Origin: Octopus vulgaris
Lineage: Eukaryota
Direction of reading: 5' to 3'
Length of the DNA: 64,000 nt
NCBI GenBank assembly: GCA_951406725.2
Contig: OX597830.1
Coordinates: 5,890,001 to 5,954,000 of the forward strand
A model generated the notes under the pieces. It made no database searches. It saw only the letters and a program-made list of their open reading frames with translations, and was not told the DNA's origin. Made by a program: the position numbers and the translations under genes. Positions 24,125 through 38,073 of this stretch are shown here, piece after piece. Each line of letters opens with the position of its first letter. Within the stretch, counting starts at the first letter, position 1.

Positions 24125-25580
24125 AACCAGTTATGCGATAAGGAAGAAACAAAAGTTGATAGATATGACAGATTAGCTTGGGAAGTTAAGCAATTGTGCT
24201 CGATGGTAGTAGTACCAATAATTGTCGGGGCACTGGGAACAGCGAGTAAAAAATTTGAGAAGTATATGGAACAAATAGGGGCTGCAATAGGGGTGAAGAA
24301 CTTGCAGAAAACATCACTCCTTGGAACCGCTCGAATACTCCGGATGGTGCTAAAAAAATAAGGTTTTTTTTTTACCTAAGTTCACTGGGAATGAATAGCT
24401 GAAAATCTCCAGTTTCACCAATGATATTAAGATGGGGTTTGGACTCTTAAGATGTGCTACGATGGTGATGAGACGAGCAAAGCTTGCCAGGACTGAAGGC
24501 ATATGGCTACCAAGTGGTGAAATGATGAAGGGGATTCAACTTCAATCTTGTTAGGTATAACTGGGAATACGTGAGGCAAATGGAATCAAACACTACGGCA
24601 TGTAGGGAAAGACAAAAAGAGAATAGCTGCAGCGAGTGAGGAAAATAGTGACTTCAAAGCAGAATGCCTGAAACAGAATTCCGGCAATAAACTCACCTGC
24701 AGTCGCAGTAGTTCGGTATGGCGCTGGAATCCTGAAGTCGACAGAGAAGGAGCTAAAGGAGATGGACAGGAACTCAAGAAAGCTCCTAACGATGCATAGA
24801 GTACATCATCCACGTGCCGGCTGTGGTCGCCTATAGATAAAGAGAGCAAATGGAGGAAGGGGACTGATAGATTTAGTAGACTGCGTACGTATCGAACTCA
24901 AGAGCTAAATGAGATGCCTAGCTCAAAGTAAGGAGACCTTGCTAGTGACACTGAGGAACGAAGGAGTATTGAGAGCAGGAACAAAAGGGAAAACAAAGGA
25001 AGAAGTACAAAAAGAGACATGAAGAAGAATTACGCAAGAAGGGACAACACAATCAATTCCATGTAGCCACAACAGAAGTTACTGGAAAAAATAGGTGGGA
25101 TTGGCTGAAGAAAGGAACACTTCAAAAAGAGACCGAGAGCACTATACTGGTAGCGTAATACCAAATTCTGGCCACGAACTGGAGGGTCCATCTTTGGGAA
25201 TGAGCAAGTGCTGCATCTGCAATGGAGTAGATGAAACCATTGCCCATATCATGAACAAATGTCCAAGACTTGCTCAAAACCACTACAAGTTGTGGCAGTT
25301 TTCCCCTACATTGGAAACTGAGGGCAAAGTGGGGGCTAGAGAGAGGCAAGATGTGATATGAGAACAAACCGGAGAAAGTGACAAGGTCGGAGACTAGCAA
25401 AATCTTCTGGCTTTTCCCAATCCAAACAGGTGCTAGAGCATAACAGACCGGGCCTAATGCTGGTGGAGAAGGCGCACCACAAATGCTATATAGTTTATGT
25501 TGCATGCTCGTTTGACCCACGAATAATCAAGAAGCAAGGTGAAAAGATAGATACAACCCTCTTAAGTACGAAATAGCCCG
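24125..25580 (+). mobile_element. two R4/Dong fragments (RLE C-terminus 24125-24420; RT-thumb to RLE 24420-25580), degenerate
   Basis: VVVPIIVGALGTASK...LQKTSLLGTARILR; DIKMGFGL..CAT; GGRGLIDL; CCICNGVDETIAHIMNKCPRLAQ. Confidence 0.86.
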
Positions 25581-25644
25581 TCACACACAAATGCACACAA
25601 ATACACACACACACGCACAAACACACACACAAACAGATATAAGT

Positions 25645-25689
<45 letters not shown>

Positions 25690-25747
25690 TAAAGGAAACA
25701 CGGATTTCAAACTAACATATGTTGATTTATTAACATAATATTCATGA

Positions 25748-25842
25748 TACCTACAATTGTTTTGATTCAAACTCAAAACCAATAAGAAATTTTTAAAAAT
25801 TTCTATTTTGGAAACATTTTGCGTAAAAATCTCATCAGGGTA
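25748..25842 (-). ncRNA. type I hammerhead ribozyme with long stem II (left arm)
   Basis: minus strand TACC-CTGATGA-GATT...AATC-AAAAC(G12>A)-AATT-GTA-GGTA. Confidence 0.72.
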
Positions 25843-26046
25843 AATCAGGACCAAAAATTACATGAGAAATTCGAGATACTTAATCAAACTGCATTTATCA
25901 ATATATATTTCTGTGTGTAAGTGTGAGTGTCAATAACATTTTTAGTAAATAAAAAATAAAACTAAAGACTTACATACAGAAACATATATTGATTAATTCA
26001 GTCTGTTTAAGGATTTCAAACTTCTAATGTAATTTTCTGCCCTGAT

Positions 26047-26143
26047 TTACCATGATGAGATTTTTACTCACAATTTTCCCGAAATGTGAATTTTTATAAA
26101 TTTGTTCTTGGTTTAGAGTTTGAATCGAAACAGCTGTAGGAAT
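26047..26143 (+). ncRNA. type I hammerhead ribozyme with long stem II (right arm)
   Basis: TTACC-ATGATGA(C3>A)-GATT...AATC-GAAAC-AGCT-GTA-GGAAT; palindromic stem III ACAGCTGT. Confidence 0.72.
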
Positions 26144-27475
26144 TATTAATATTATGGTAATAAATTAACATATGTCAGTTTAAACTCTCTATTTTCCTTT
26201 TCTTATTCTTTATATTGTATATATACCCATTTGTATTGTAGAAAATTCTTTCTACTATCGGTATTAAACCAGTTTAGTCAGTAAAACTTTGAAGTTTCCA
26301 TCTCGTTAAGTGGAGCTTGTGACGAAGGTTACAGGGAGCATTGCTAGAAATAACAGTCAAAGAGATAAATTCCCCACCGTAATTGAGAGGTATTAGATTA
26401 CCATACCATGTTCGCATGAAATTTAATGTTCATCAGTGACGCAGTTAGTGAAGCTAAATTCTACGCCGTCCGTATATAAAGATTTTACCATAGTAATCAA
26501 TGACTCATTCCGAAAATAGTAATGTGAAACTTATGAAATAATGAAGGTGGCTAAAGCGAGATCGCAATCGAGGTAGTTTTATACGTCAACTCTCCTGTCA
26601 CTCTATCTCTTTTATAACACCGTATAATAGTCTCGAGAAAGTTCATGTATTGTCATCCCAAATGGAGACGAGAGCCAAGATTCCCAAGTGGTGTACTAGA
26701 ATGATTTTGGATATCTCCTCCATATGGTTCTCCTTCGTAATCCACAAATAAAGTACACACACACACACGTGTGTAAGAATTTCCCTCTGTAGACCTCATA
26801 TATAATGTAAACATCATTATCACATACTCAATATACGTGCATTATTAAACATAATGGAGCTGCGGGACCTCGTTCAGGGTTGATCCATTAAAAGAGGTCA
26901 CGTGCATAAATATACAGTATACCTCAAAGGTAAGCGAAACAAAATGTCCCAGAAATAAAATAAATATATCATATTTTGCGATCCTTTCTTCATTATCTTC
27001 TATTGAAGCGATGTTCTTTGTCCAGTTAGACGTATCTCAACAGATACCATGTGCGTATTCTTTTCGTAGCTTAATCATTGGATAGCCGCCATGATGGATC
27101 ACCAAGTAGACTCTTTATAAAGGTTTAGCTTATTAGATAGACCTGATTATCAGCAAAAACAAATGGTGAGGTGATCTACGGATTAGGAAGGTAACTAGGG
27201 CGGTCGGAATTCTATACCTACGTATACAAATACGTACACGTAAATTTTTCAGAAGAGAGAGAATAATCTCTTGGGTGGTCATCTACTCTCGTCTAGCAGT
27301 GCTTACATAAGCATCTGGTAAGAGGTTCACGACTGTCTGCCTGGGTGCAGACGTTGAAGTATTTTACAAATATAATTTTACTTCAAAGAACAAAGAACTA
27401 CAGAAAGATAAAAGGCAGCTAATATTAATATCTTCAAAATAGATATTTTGATAAATTGTTGTTAGTACTCCTTCC

Positions 27476-27478
27476 CTG

Positions 27479-27513
<35 letters not shown>

Positions 27514-27650
27514 CTCTTTCTCTCTCTCGCTTTCTCTTTCTCTCTCTTTCTCTCTCTGTCTTTCTCTCTGTCTCTGTTTCTCTCTCCCGTTATCTTTCTC
27601 TCATTCTTTCTCTTTCTCTCTCCTCCCCCTCTCTCTCTCTCTCTCTCTCT
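27476..27650. repeat. (CT)n-rich microsatellite
   Basis: direct inspection. Confidence 0.93.
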
Positions 27651-28084
27651 GTCGCTCACACACACATACGCACACACACGCATGAAAACAGGTACACACA
27701 CATAAACATACGCAGACATTAACAGGCAGGCAATAACACAAAATCTCGTTCACCAACGTGAAACACACACAACATACATATATGCACGTAAAATATTTTG
27801 CATACACACGGGCGTGCACACACCTACACAGACCCACCCACACATATACACACGCGCGCACATACGCACATACACACACACGCATACACACATGCACACA
27901 CACGCTCACACTTATGCATGTGCGCATACACACATATGCACAAACCCTCACGCTTACAAACAAACATACGTACACCAGCTTGAACGCACATCATACATCA
28001 ATGGATTTAAAAGATTTTGCACACACGCACAAACACACATACATAAGCTGTGACACGTACACATACTTACTAACTTAAATATAG

Positions 28085-28499
28085 TCTTTTCTACACTAGG
28101 CCCGAGATGTTTGGAGAGGGAGCAGTCGATTAGATCAACTCCAGTACAGAACTAGTACTTAATTTATCGACCCGGAAAGAATGAAAGGTAAAGTCAACCT
28201 CGGCGGAATTTGAACTCAGAGCATAAAGACAGACGAAATGTAAGCATTTCGCCCGGCGTGCTAAAGTTTCTTATTTCTTTGCTGCCCACAAGGGACTACA
28301 CACAGAGGGGAAAAACAAGGACAGACAAACGGATTAAGTCGATTATATCGACCCCAATGCGTAACTGGTACTTATTTAATCGACCCTGAAAGGATGAAAG
28401 GCAAAGTCGACCTCGGCGGAATTTGAACTTAGAACTTAGCGGCAGACGAAATACTGCTAAGCATTTCACCCGGCGTGCTAACGATTCTGCCAGCTCGCT
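28085..28499 (-). mobile_element. head-to-tail SINE family 1 dimer, paralogous to 8845-9250
   Basis: same two-unit structure, same junction position, shared flank. Confidence 0.88.
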
Positions 28500-28621
28500 G
28501 ACGTGGAATGTACAATATAGTATAAGCATAATTGTAGCATCTCTGTGCCACAGTTAACACAAATTCATCGCGAAAGTGTGAAATTGATTGCATTATTCAT
28601 CCGGAGATAATATCCCTTATG

Positions 28622-28760
28622 GGCGTTCAAATTCTGCCGAGGTCGACTTTGCCATTTATCCTTTCAGGCTCAATAAGTTAAGTACTAGTTGCGTACTGGG
28701 TTGATGTAATCGACTGACTCCCTCCACCAAAATGTCGGGCCTTGTGCCCAGAGAAAGAAA
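28622..28760 (+). mobile_element. partial SINE family 1 copy
   Basis: GTTCAAATTCTGCCGAGGTCGACTTTGCC core. Confidence 0.82.
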
Positions 28761-29060
28761 AGAATATGTCTTTGGATGAACTGTGTTTAAAATTCAAAAA
28801 TATCAGTAGAAGACGAAAATCCTTCAGCAGCGGCGGTAGAATGTTCCACCAGGAGGCACATTGCAGCACCAGATATTTTTCAGTTTTCCAGCATAAATAT
28901 GGTTTTAGTTTTTAGGTTTGGTCTTAGCGTGCATCGACAGTGGCTACATGCTACCATCAGAGCCTATTAATGGAGGAATGGACATTTAGCATTCCCACTG
29001 CCGCTTCCGAAAGATTTTTATCTGTTACCGACATATATTTTCGTTTTCAAACATAGGAAA

Positions 29061-29097
29061 CTATCTATCTATCTATCTATCTATTTATCTATCTATA

Positions 29098-29162
<65 letters not shown>

Positions 29163-29288
29163 GTATATGTATGTATGTATCTATCTATCTATCTATCTAT
29201 CTATCTGTCTGTCTGTTTGTCTGTCTATCTATCTGTCTATCTATCTATCTATTCATTCATCCATGCATCCATCTTTTTCTCTCTCTCA

Positions 29289-29327
<39 letters not shown>
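29061..29327. repeat. (TATC)n and (TG)n microsatellites
   Basis: direct inspection. Confidence 0.95.
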
Positions 29328-29559
29328 GATTTTGTTCCAGAAGGGATTGCAATCTCTGAGTCAAAATTATTACGTGACCTGAGCTTTGACCTTTCCAGGT
29401 GCATATTACTGAGTTGTTAACAAGTTGTAGGCGGCTGGCCCGATGGATCCTGATAACTTTTAGAACGAGAGATCTAGAAATCTTGATGATCATTTGATGG
29501 ACATCTGTCTCCAGCCACTTAAATTACTGCTTCCATCGAGTGCGGAACTGAAAGCAATC

Positions 29560-29800
29560 CGGTGAAGCTACATGAGAGGGATCGTCCCATTGCAACATGT
29601 TAGCTAATGGAAGAAGCTCAAAAACTTCGGTGATATGCATCTGCAAAATCCTGGAAGGATTGTACAAAAACTTTAGCATTGAAAATTATATAAACAGCAG
29701 AAACGGAGCATCACAGTATATTGTCAAATATTCCAGCACTGCCATCAAGATACAGAGCCAGATACTGCAAGTGCTTGAATTTTAAGGACCCACATGCGAA
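29560..29800 (+). mobile_element. CR1/L2-group LINE RT C-terminal remnant
   Basis: VICICKILEGL...IENYINSRNG...SRYRARYCKCLNFKDP resembles the CR1-group C-terminal 'WKILEGL..FKGP' region. Confidence 0.55.
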
Positions 29801-30257
29801 AAAGCCCGAGAGACCGGAACGGAGTGGATACAGGTGACTTCACAACAAGGCAGTGTGTGTGTGTGTGGAGGATAATAAAGGATAAAGCTCCTTTCTAAGT
29901 CATATAAACTCATACAGCCGCTTTGCCAGATTTCTGCCATCTATACTCTCTTTCCTAGGACAGGACCCTGGCCAGTCTTCGGGCTGCACATTTTTGCGCG
30001 CTGAATAGACCGAAGCAACGTCAAACGAAGTGTTTTGCTCAAGAAATATAATGCATCGCCCGGTTCAGGATTGGAAGTCTACATATTATGATCATGAGTT
30101 ATTACAGACATACATACACACATACACACATACACACATACATGCATACATACATACATACATACATACATACATACATACATACATACATACATACATA
30201 CACATACACTTACATACATACACATACATACATTCATGCACGCATACATGCATATAT

Positions 30258-30929
30258 TATGGCTGCCCCCTCGTTATAGAGTATGGCTATTGCACGAAGC
30301 TTAACTGTTACTGGTGCTGTGATCGAATGTGACTTTTTAGCCCAGCTAAAGATCTACAATGTCTTGTACAGAATTGGTAGCTAAAACCTTTACTGGTAAT
30401 AACCGGCTGTAGTTGTAACTGGGCTTCATGTACCTTTGCATGTTGTTTAAGTCCTCCTGCCGAATTACACTCTATTCCACATGCCCGACAGATATGATTA
30501 GTATGATGTGTTATACCACCACCAGTGGCCAGGTTGTCACTCATCTGTCTTGCTTTATGACTACGAAGATGACTCTTGAGTCCAGCTTCACTGAGGCAGG
30601 ATCTAGCACAGGCACTGCATGTCAGCATCATAGGAAGACCCTTCCCATCTGGAAGTGTAACAGCGATGCCCTTCCTGAAATCCCTCCTTACTTTCTCATG
30701 TGTAACTCGAGATTTCTCAAAAGTGGCTGTCCCCTCGTGCACAATCCTTCTCCACCTGCTACGATCAATAGCTATGCCTTCCCACGTGTCAGGAGTGATG
30801 CAAGCATCTCTTAAGGAAGCGTTCAGCAAGTCCTTATACCTCTTGTTTGGTTTATGTGGAGGTCGTTCTCCTTTAGCTAACTCTCCATAAAAGAGTTGTT
30901 TTGGCATCCTTGCATCCTTCATCCTGACC
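30258..30929 (-). mobile_element. RTE-clade LINE 3' end, intact ORF C-terminus with three C2H2-type zinc fingers
   Basis: VRMKDARMPKQLFYGELAKGERP..KPNKRYKD..L...WE..A.DRSRWR..V..G...FE; CSACARSCLSEAGLKSHLRSH; CRACGIECNSAGGLKQHAKVH; YQFCTRHCRSLAGLKSHIRSQH; flanked by (TACA)n. Confidence 0.92.
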
Positions 30930-31727
30930 ATACATATATACGTAAATACAAACATATATATATTTATACCTACATACATACATACATACATACATACATA
31001 CATACATACGTACATACATACATACATTCATACATATATACATACATACATACATTCATACATACATACATTCATGCACACATACATGCATATATACGTA
31101 CATACATAGAGAACAAAATTAGAGTGGATTGTAGGTATTTGACATATATTTCTAGTGTGTAGGCATTGGCATTCCAGCGCCCTTAATAATAATTACATTT
31201 CTATAATTATATGCTTCAAAATTAATTTTACCGAAACGGTCATTTTTTTGTACGCTAGCCACTGATATAATCATTTTAATGACTATATCCTCAATTCATA
31301 AGTATACATACATCCCTACATCTATACACACATACATACATACACACACATACATACATACATACATACATACATACATACATACATACATTCATGCACA
31401 CATACATGCATATATACGTACATACATGTATACATACATACATACATATATACATACATACATGCATACATACATATATGCATATATATATATATTTTTA
31501 TATTTATACATGTACATATACATACAAACACGCACACACCTATATACGTCCACACACAGAAGTTCTCTCACTGTGTGAAGAGTATATAATTTATAGTTCA
31601 CCCTATTGCTGTCACTGATTCTATTCCTCGCAAGCACACGCACACATATACACATGCATAAGTGTAGAAATATGTACATATATACATAAATACATTCAGT
31701 TATGTATATGTATAGACGCTTAGACGA

Positions 31728-31895
<168 letters not shown>

Positions 31896-32239
31896 ACAAG
31901 CCTGTGTACGTATACATGTGTGTGTGTGTATGCGTGTATGCATGAATACAAAATATCATCGAATTTCATCGTACATAAAATATATCCTTCTCCTGATACG
32001 ATGTATTTCCCTGGCTGTTATTTAAATAGGCCCAATATTATAATTCATCGATTGACCTGGTTATATATGATAATCCTTTGACCTTCTGTCACAGAAAAAG
32101 CCTGCTTTGCTTATTATTGAGTTTCTTCACACATAAATCAAACTAGCGCTATACAATTCGTAAAACATGAGAAACTAGTTCGCCGTGAGAGGAGGTATGT
32201 TTATGAAGTTCAGAGCGGAACACATCGTCAAATGAATTA

Positions 32240-32380
32240 CCGGTATAGTTCAACAAATATAACGCCGCAGCCATAATCGTGTGAGATCACGTGATCTGAT
32301 CCAATTTGGAATAGATTTGCTTAGATCGTCCATAAAAACATATTCGACCAGGTTTTAAGCGGAAGTTTGCCAACTTCCGA
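32240..32380 (-). promoter_or_regulatory. candidate promoter/enhancer motif cluster (inverted ETS pair, CCAAT, E-box palindrome, YY1-like ATG)
   Basis: CGGAAGTT-TGCC-AACTTCCG (32360-32379); CCAAT (32301-32305); AGATCACGTGATCT (32284-32297); minus-strand ATTATGGCTGCGGCG; locally CpG-rich unique sequence. Confidence 0.4.
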
Positions 32381-32434
32381 ATATTTCAGTTTCTCAACAT
32401 CAAATTAATTTTACGATACACCGACATCCCTTTT

Positions 32435-32482
<48 letters not shown>

Positions 32483-32762
32483 TTCTTTTTCCCTTCTATC
32501 CTCTCTGTCTCTATTTTTCTATCCTTCTTCCTCCTCTCTGCTTTCCTTTCACTCTTTCTTATTTCCAATAAACAGGCGTACACGTACATTTGTGACCACA
32601 CAAAATATACAGAGATACACACATACACACTTGCAGATATAATGTATGCACATATATATATATATATGTATGTGTGTGTGTATGTATATGTATGTATGTA
32701 TATATATAAATATGTACATATACATATATATGCATGTTTGTATAAATGTCAATATATGTGTT

Positions 32763-32813
<51 letters not shown>

Positions 32814-32864
32814 ACATATATATATTGGTGTGAGTATATATATATTATACTCTCACACACACAC

Positions 32865-32895
<31 letters not shown>

Positions 32896-33853
32896 ATTTC
32901 ACATAACTCTGTATTCTCGCCGAATCTTTCTGCCAAACAAAAGTCACGTACTGGCTGTAGGTCAGTCGTTTCTTAGTCGATTGATCTGTGAATCTTTCGC
33001 TACATTTCTCTAGAATTTGGAATCGGTTCTCCGTGACGTCTTTGTTCTCTCTGTCTGTGTGTCTGGTCTCTATATATTTCTGTTGGCAATGCCACTGGTG
33101 CCGGTAGCCATGGTTGTGTTGCGTCCATCTCTCCAAATATGTATAAGTGCAAATATGTGACTGTATGCATCTGTGTTCTGGTTGCTATATGTCCGTGTCT
33201 GTATGTATGCGTATGCACTCATACACCGACCAATCAATGCTTTGTCTAGGCACATGCAACGCCACAGAGAAAAACACATACACAAACTCACTCATACAAA
33301 TACAAATACTTGAGCAAACACAAAAGCACACATATTTAGATTTACAGTGATCTTCAAAAATCTATGTACTACATATTTGTTTCTCATGGGAGAACGAGAG
33401 GGGTACATACACATTACTACATATGTAAACTCACCACCATTAACACCTCCGCCTCCACATATAGAAATGCGAGAACAACAAGCAGTGCATAGAATGTCCC
33501 TCCACAACCGTAATATCTGTTTCAACAGATCGTTCCACATGAAGAATCTTGGGAAACAAATACGAACAAAACAAGGAGCAGTGTGTGTGTGTGTGTATGT
33601 GTGTGTGTGCGTGTATGTATATATATATGTATGTATATATATAAATATATATATATATTTATATATATATATACATACATATACACATATATATATATAT
33701 ATATACATATGGTTACATGTATATATATATAAAATATATATATATATAAATGTGTGTCTGTGTATGCATATATATATATATTGTACATATTCATATATAT
33801 ATATATGCATTTATACATATATATATATAGATACATGTCTTTATATATGTATA

Positions 33854-33916
<63 letters not shown>

Positions 33917-34324
33917 GCACAAACAAATACATATGTATGCATGTTTGTAGTTGTGTATGTCTGCATGTATGTGTGTATGCATATCAGTGTCCATGTACTT
34001 GTAGAGCAAAACAAAGAAAATATATAAATAAACATTACATCAAACACGAAATTCCAGAGAGACTCCATGGTTGTACATATCAAAACAAGATGTCTGCCAC
34101 TTACAATACAATTTATACAAAATGCAACGAAAAATCTTTCTACAAAAAAATTAGCGGAAGTGTGATAGCTCTTGCCAAGAGTTATAAACACTTCCTATTC
34201 ACACGAATGCACATAGACGCACATACACCCAGCCACACGCTTATATGAATCTGGTTTGGTTCTTAATTTTGGTGTATGGAGAATTTGAATCATTATGAAA
34301 AGGTATGCTTCATACATAAAAAAC

Positions 34325-34610
34325 AAGCACTCCGTCTGTTCCGACGACGAGAGTTTCGGTGACTATGATCAGGGAAACAGCTCGTGGAATTAATGTGAAA
34401 GTGGCTGAGCACTCCTCAAACACGTGTACCTTTCGGCGTGAAAGAGAAGTAACAATGCTAGTCTTTTGTAATACATATTTTTGCCAGCTAGGTGGACTGG
34501 ATCAACGGAAAATAAAGTGTCTTGCTCAAGAACGCAACATACTACCGGTAATCAATCTCATGAACTTACTATCGTTAAACGATCACCCACAACCACTGAA
34601 CGAATCACCC
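34325..34610 (-). mobile_element. diverged SINE (family 3 tail, family 4-like head)
   Basis: GCACTCCGTC...GCTCGTGGAATTAATGTGAAAGTGGCTGAGCACTCC; GTGTCTTGCTCAAGAACGCAAC. Confidence 0.7.
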
Positions 34611-34613
34611 ACA

Positions 34614-34672
<59 letters not shown>

Positions 34673-34733
34673 TGAACCCCCCTCCCCAACACACACACAA
34701 ACACGCACACATACACACACACATACACACACG

Positions 34734-34776
<43 letters not shown>

Positions 34777-34814
34777 ATATATATATATAAATATATATAC
34801 ATATGCATATGATT

Positions 34815-34970
34815 GTCCTCCCACCATCGTTTGACAAATGATATTTGCGGTTCGGCAAACGAATTCGATATAATAAGCAGTAAGTTTACAAAGAGTAAGG
34901 CGATTCGTTCGACTAAAGGCAGTGTTCCAGCATGGTCGTAGTCAAATGACTGAAACAAAGAATAAAAGAA
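34815..34970 (+). mobile_element. SINE family 2, 3' part
   Basis: GCGGTTCGGCAAA...CGACTAAAGGCAGTGTTCCAGCATGGTCGTAGTCAAATGACTGAAAC. Confidence 0.75.
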
Positions 34971-35008
34971 TATATGTGAGTGTGTATGTGTATCTCTCTG
35001 TATCTATA

Positions 35009-35115
<107 letters not shown>

Positions 35116-35509
35116 AGAGAGAGAGACATACACACACACACATACATACACACATGCGTACACACAAACACACAGACAGATATATACACACACACGTATA
35201 TACGTATATACATATATAAAAATTGTATATATATATGTGTTCACATCTGTATATATATGTTTGTGTGGATGTATAGGGGTATGCACACATGCATCCACAT
35301 AGACGTACTCATTACTACACTGTGCGTTCAAACACACACACACACACTTGCAGGATTATCATTATATTAACGCAGGAATTCCCAATTTAAAAATTAATTC
35401 CATGCTAATAAAAGTTCGTCTCATTTTCGGAAATCACTATTTCAATCTCTCCATTTCTTTCATCTTCTGCACCATCAAAGCTAAATAAAATTATTAAACT
35501 ATTAACATT

Positions 35510-35897
35510 ATATCGTGGCACTCCGTCGGTTACGACAACGAGGGTTCCAGTTGATCCGATCAAAGGAATAGCCTGCTCGTGAAGTTAACGTGCAAGTGGC
35601 TGAGCACTCCACAGATACATGTACCGTTAACGTAATTCTCGGGGGAGATTCAGCGTGACACAAAGTGTGACAAGACTGGCCTCTTTGAAATACAGGTACA
35701 ACAGAATCAGGAAGAAGATGAGAGAAAGTTGTATGGAAAGAGTACAGAAGGTTCACCCTCCCCGCCCCCGCTGGAGCCACGTGGAGCTTTAGGTGTTTTC
35801 GCTCAATAAACACTCACAAGGCCCGGTCTGGGAATCGAACCCGTGATCTTAAGACTGCGAGTCCACTGTCCTAACCACTGGGCCATTGCGCCTCCAC
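35510..35897 (-). mobile_element. full-length tRNA-derived SINE family 3
   Basis: minus strand GGAGGCGCAATGGCCCAGTGGTTAGGACAG...GGGTTCGATTCCC A/B boxes; colinear with 57846-58217. Confidence 0.9.
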
Positions 35898-36638
35898 ATT
35901 AACATTATATATCCCTCCAGTGTACAACGAGTGGTCTTTGGATGATTCCAGTAACATATGACTTTGTTCTGTTTATTTATTTTTTTCAGGTTTTTATTGT
36001 TGGTCACTAATTCTTCTCCGCTTCTGGGAAAACAGAAGCTTCATTCGTCCACGACCTTTCTCTTTGAGGATAGGCATCGATACACTAAAATATATCTTGC
36101 CAATATAAAACTCAATACATTATGTAAAGTGGACAGACATTTTTATTATATCAAAATTGGAGGGTCTACTGAATTTCACTCTTAGCTAGGTTGTTCCTGA
36201 CTGTGAATAGTCTAGCTAAGGTCCGAACTTATAGCGGACGGTAACAGACACAAACACATGCATATATGCATCTTTTTCCAGCATGGTGCTAGCATGCTTT
36301 TATGAAATGCAAGACTTACCTATTTGATGAGAAACTCCAAAAGAGAGCCTGAGGACAGAATGTTAACTATCATAGCTCTCAGAATATAATTCCACAATAG
36401 CAAATTCTCTAGCTACAAGGCTCAAACAAAGGATACAAGTTCGTTAATTTAATTCCAGTTTACTTCTGTTCTTATCGATCCATTTATCGCTCTATCATTT
36501 TATCTTCTACTTCTCTGTCTATAAGTATCAATGTCTGGCCATTTCTGTTACCACGTCTGTCAATATAGCTAAGTATTCTTAACCAACAAGAAAACTCATT
36601 GCTTGTTATACTATCCAAATACATACGTACAGATATAT

Positions 36639-36721
<83 letters not shown>

Positions 36722-37294
36722 ATTGATAGCTTGTCATTTAGTTATTCCCGGTTTCTTGCTCAGTGTTTCACTATGTCTGTGTTTACTTAGACATGTAGAC
36801 ATGTAAATGTGATTAGGTTGTGCACAAACGTTCAGTCGTGTCTCATGCTTTGTCATTTGTTAAAATTTAGCTCTTAACGTAATATACGTAAGAATATTAG
36901 GATTTGTTATGCAATATCTCTTTCGGTGACATTTGGAAATTTGCACACACACTCACACACACACACACATAGGTACACATACACACACATGTACATACGC
37001 CTATTTACATTAATATATATAAATACATATGTATTTACTTATAAATATTATATGAATCTACATAATTACATAAATATATATTTATATATTTAAATACATA
37101 CATTATGTATACATATATATGATATACTTATTTTGGGGATGTATAGGAATATATCTTCATGTAAATTTTATATGTAAAGACGTAGAATTTTTATATTTGG
37201 TTTATATGTATACTTAGGCTTGTGAAATATGTGTGTGTGTGTGTGCTTGTATATAGACATATAATCTTTTGCGTATGTATATATATACATATAT

Positions 37295-37341
<47 letters not shown>

Positions 37342-37944
37342 CATACATACATGTTCGTACAAGCTTATAGTTTTATATATTTATAAATTTACTCACAGAC
37401 ACGCTCACTCGCAGACACACACACACACACACATACACATAAAAATTATATGATACTCCATATTTTAGATTTTTTGTAGCTTCACCTCGACTTTTAGATA
37501 TTTCCAGTTCTATTTATTTGTAAGTCTTAACGTTGATTTCGTAATTCTTCTTATCTCGTCTTGTCAGCAACGTAGACACCAGCTTATCACATGATATCTT
37601 TATATTCATATTGTTTGTAATTTTGACATCCAATTAGCTCCATTCCTCAATTCCAAATTCTATTAAACACTTTATCCTTCAGACTTCTAGTGACAGTTAT
37701 TTGGTCATTCCAGGTTCAACACTACCATTAATATTGTAACCTGAATTGGAACCATGGTCGGATGTTTATTTAATAAAAAGAATCTAAAACACCTGAAAGT
37801 AATTCTTTTCGGCATATATGCAGCTCAATTGTTGACCTATGTACAGCTCTGTCATCGACTTATATAAATCGCTCTCATCGACTTATATACATTTCATTCA
37901 TCTAAAGAATTACAAACTCACAAAAACATTATCATTAATAAAGT

Positions 37945-38073
37945 TTCTTCTTCTTCTTCTTCTTCTTCTTCTTCTTCTTCTTCTTCTTCTTCTTCTTCTT
38001 CTTCTTCTTCTTCTTCTTCTTCTTCTTCTTCTTCTTCTTCTTCTTCTTCTTCTTCTTCTTCTTCTTCTTCTTC
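37945..38073. repeat. pure (CTT)n tract, about 43 units
   Basis: direct inspection. Confidence 0.98.

Larger units (their letters stand above)
25690..26200. mobile_element. imperfect long inverted repeat (arms ~25690-25925 and ~25965-26200), each arm carrying a hammerhead; PLE pLTR/retrozyme-like
   Basis: arms align as reverse complements by eye; adjacent to (TA)n. Confidence 0.82.
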
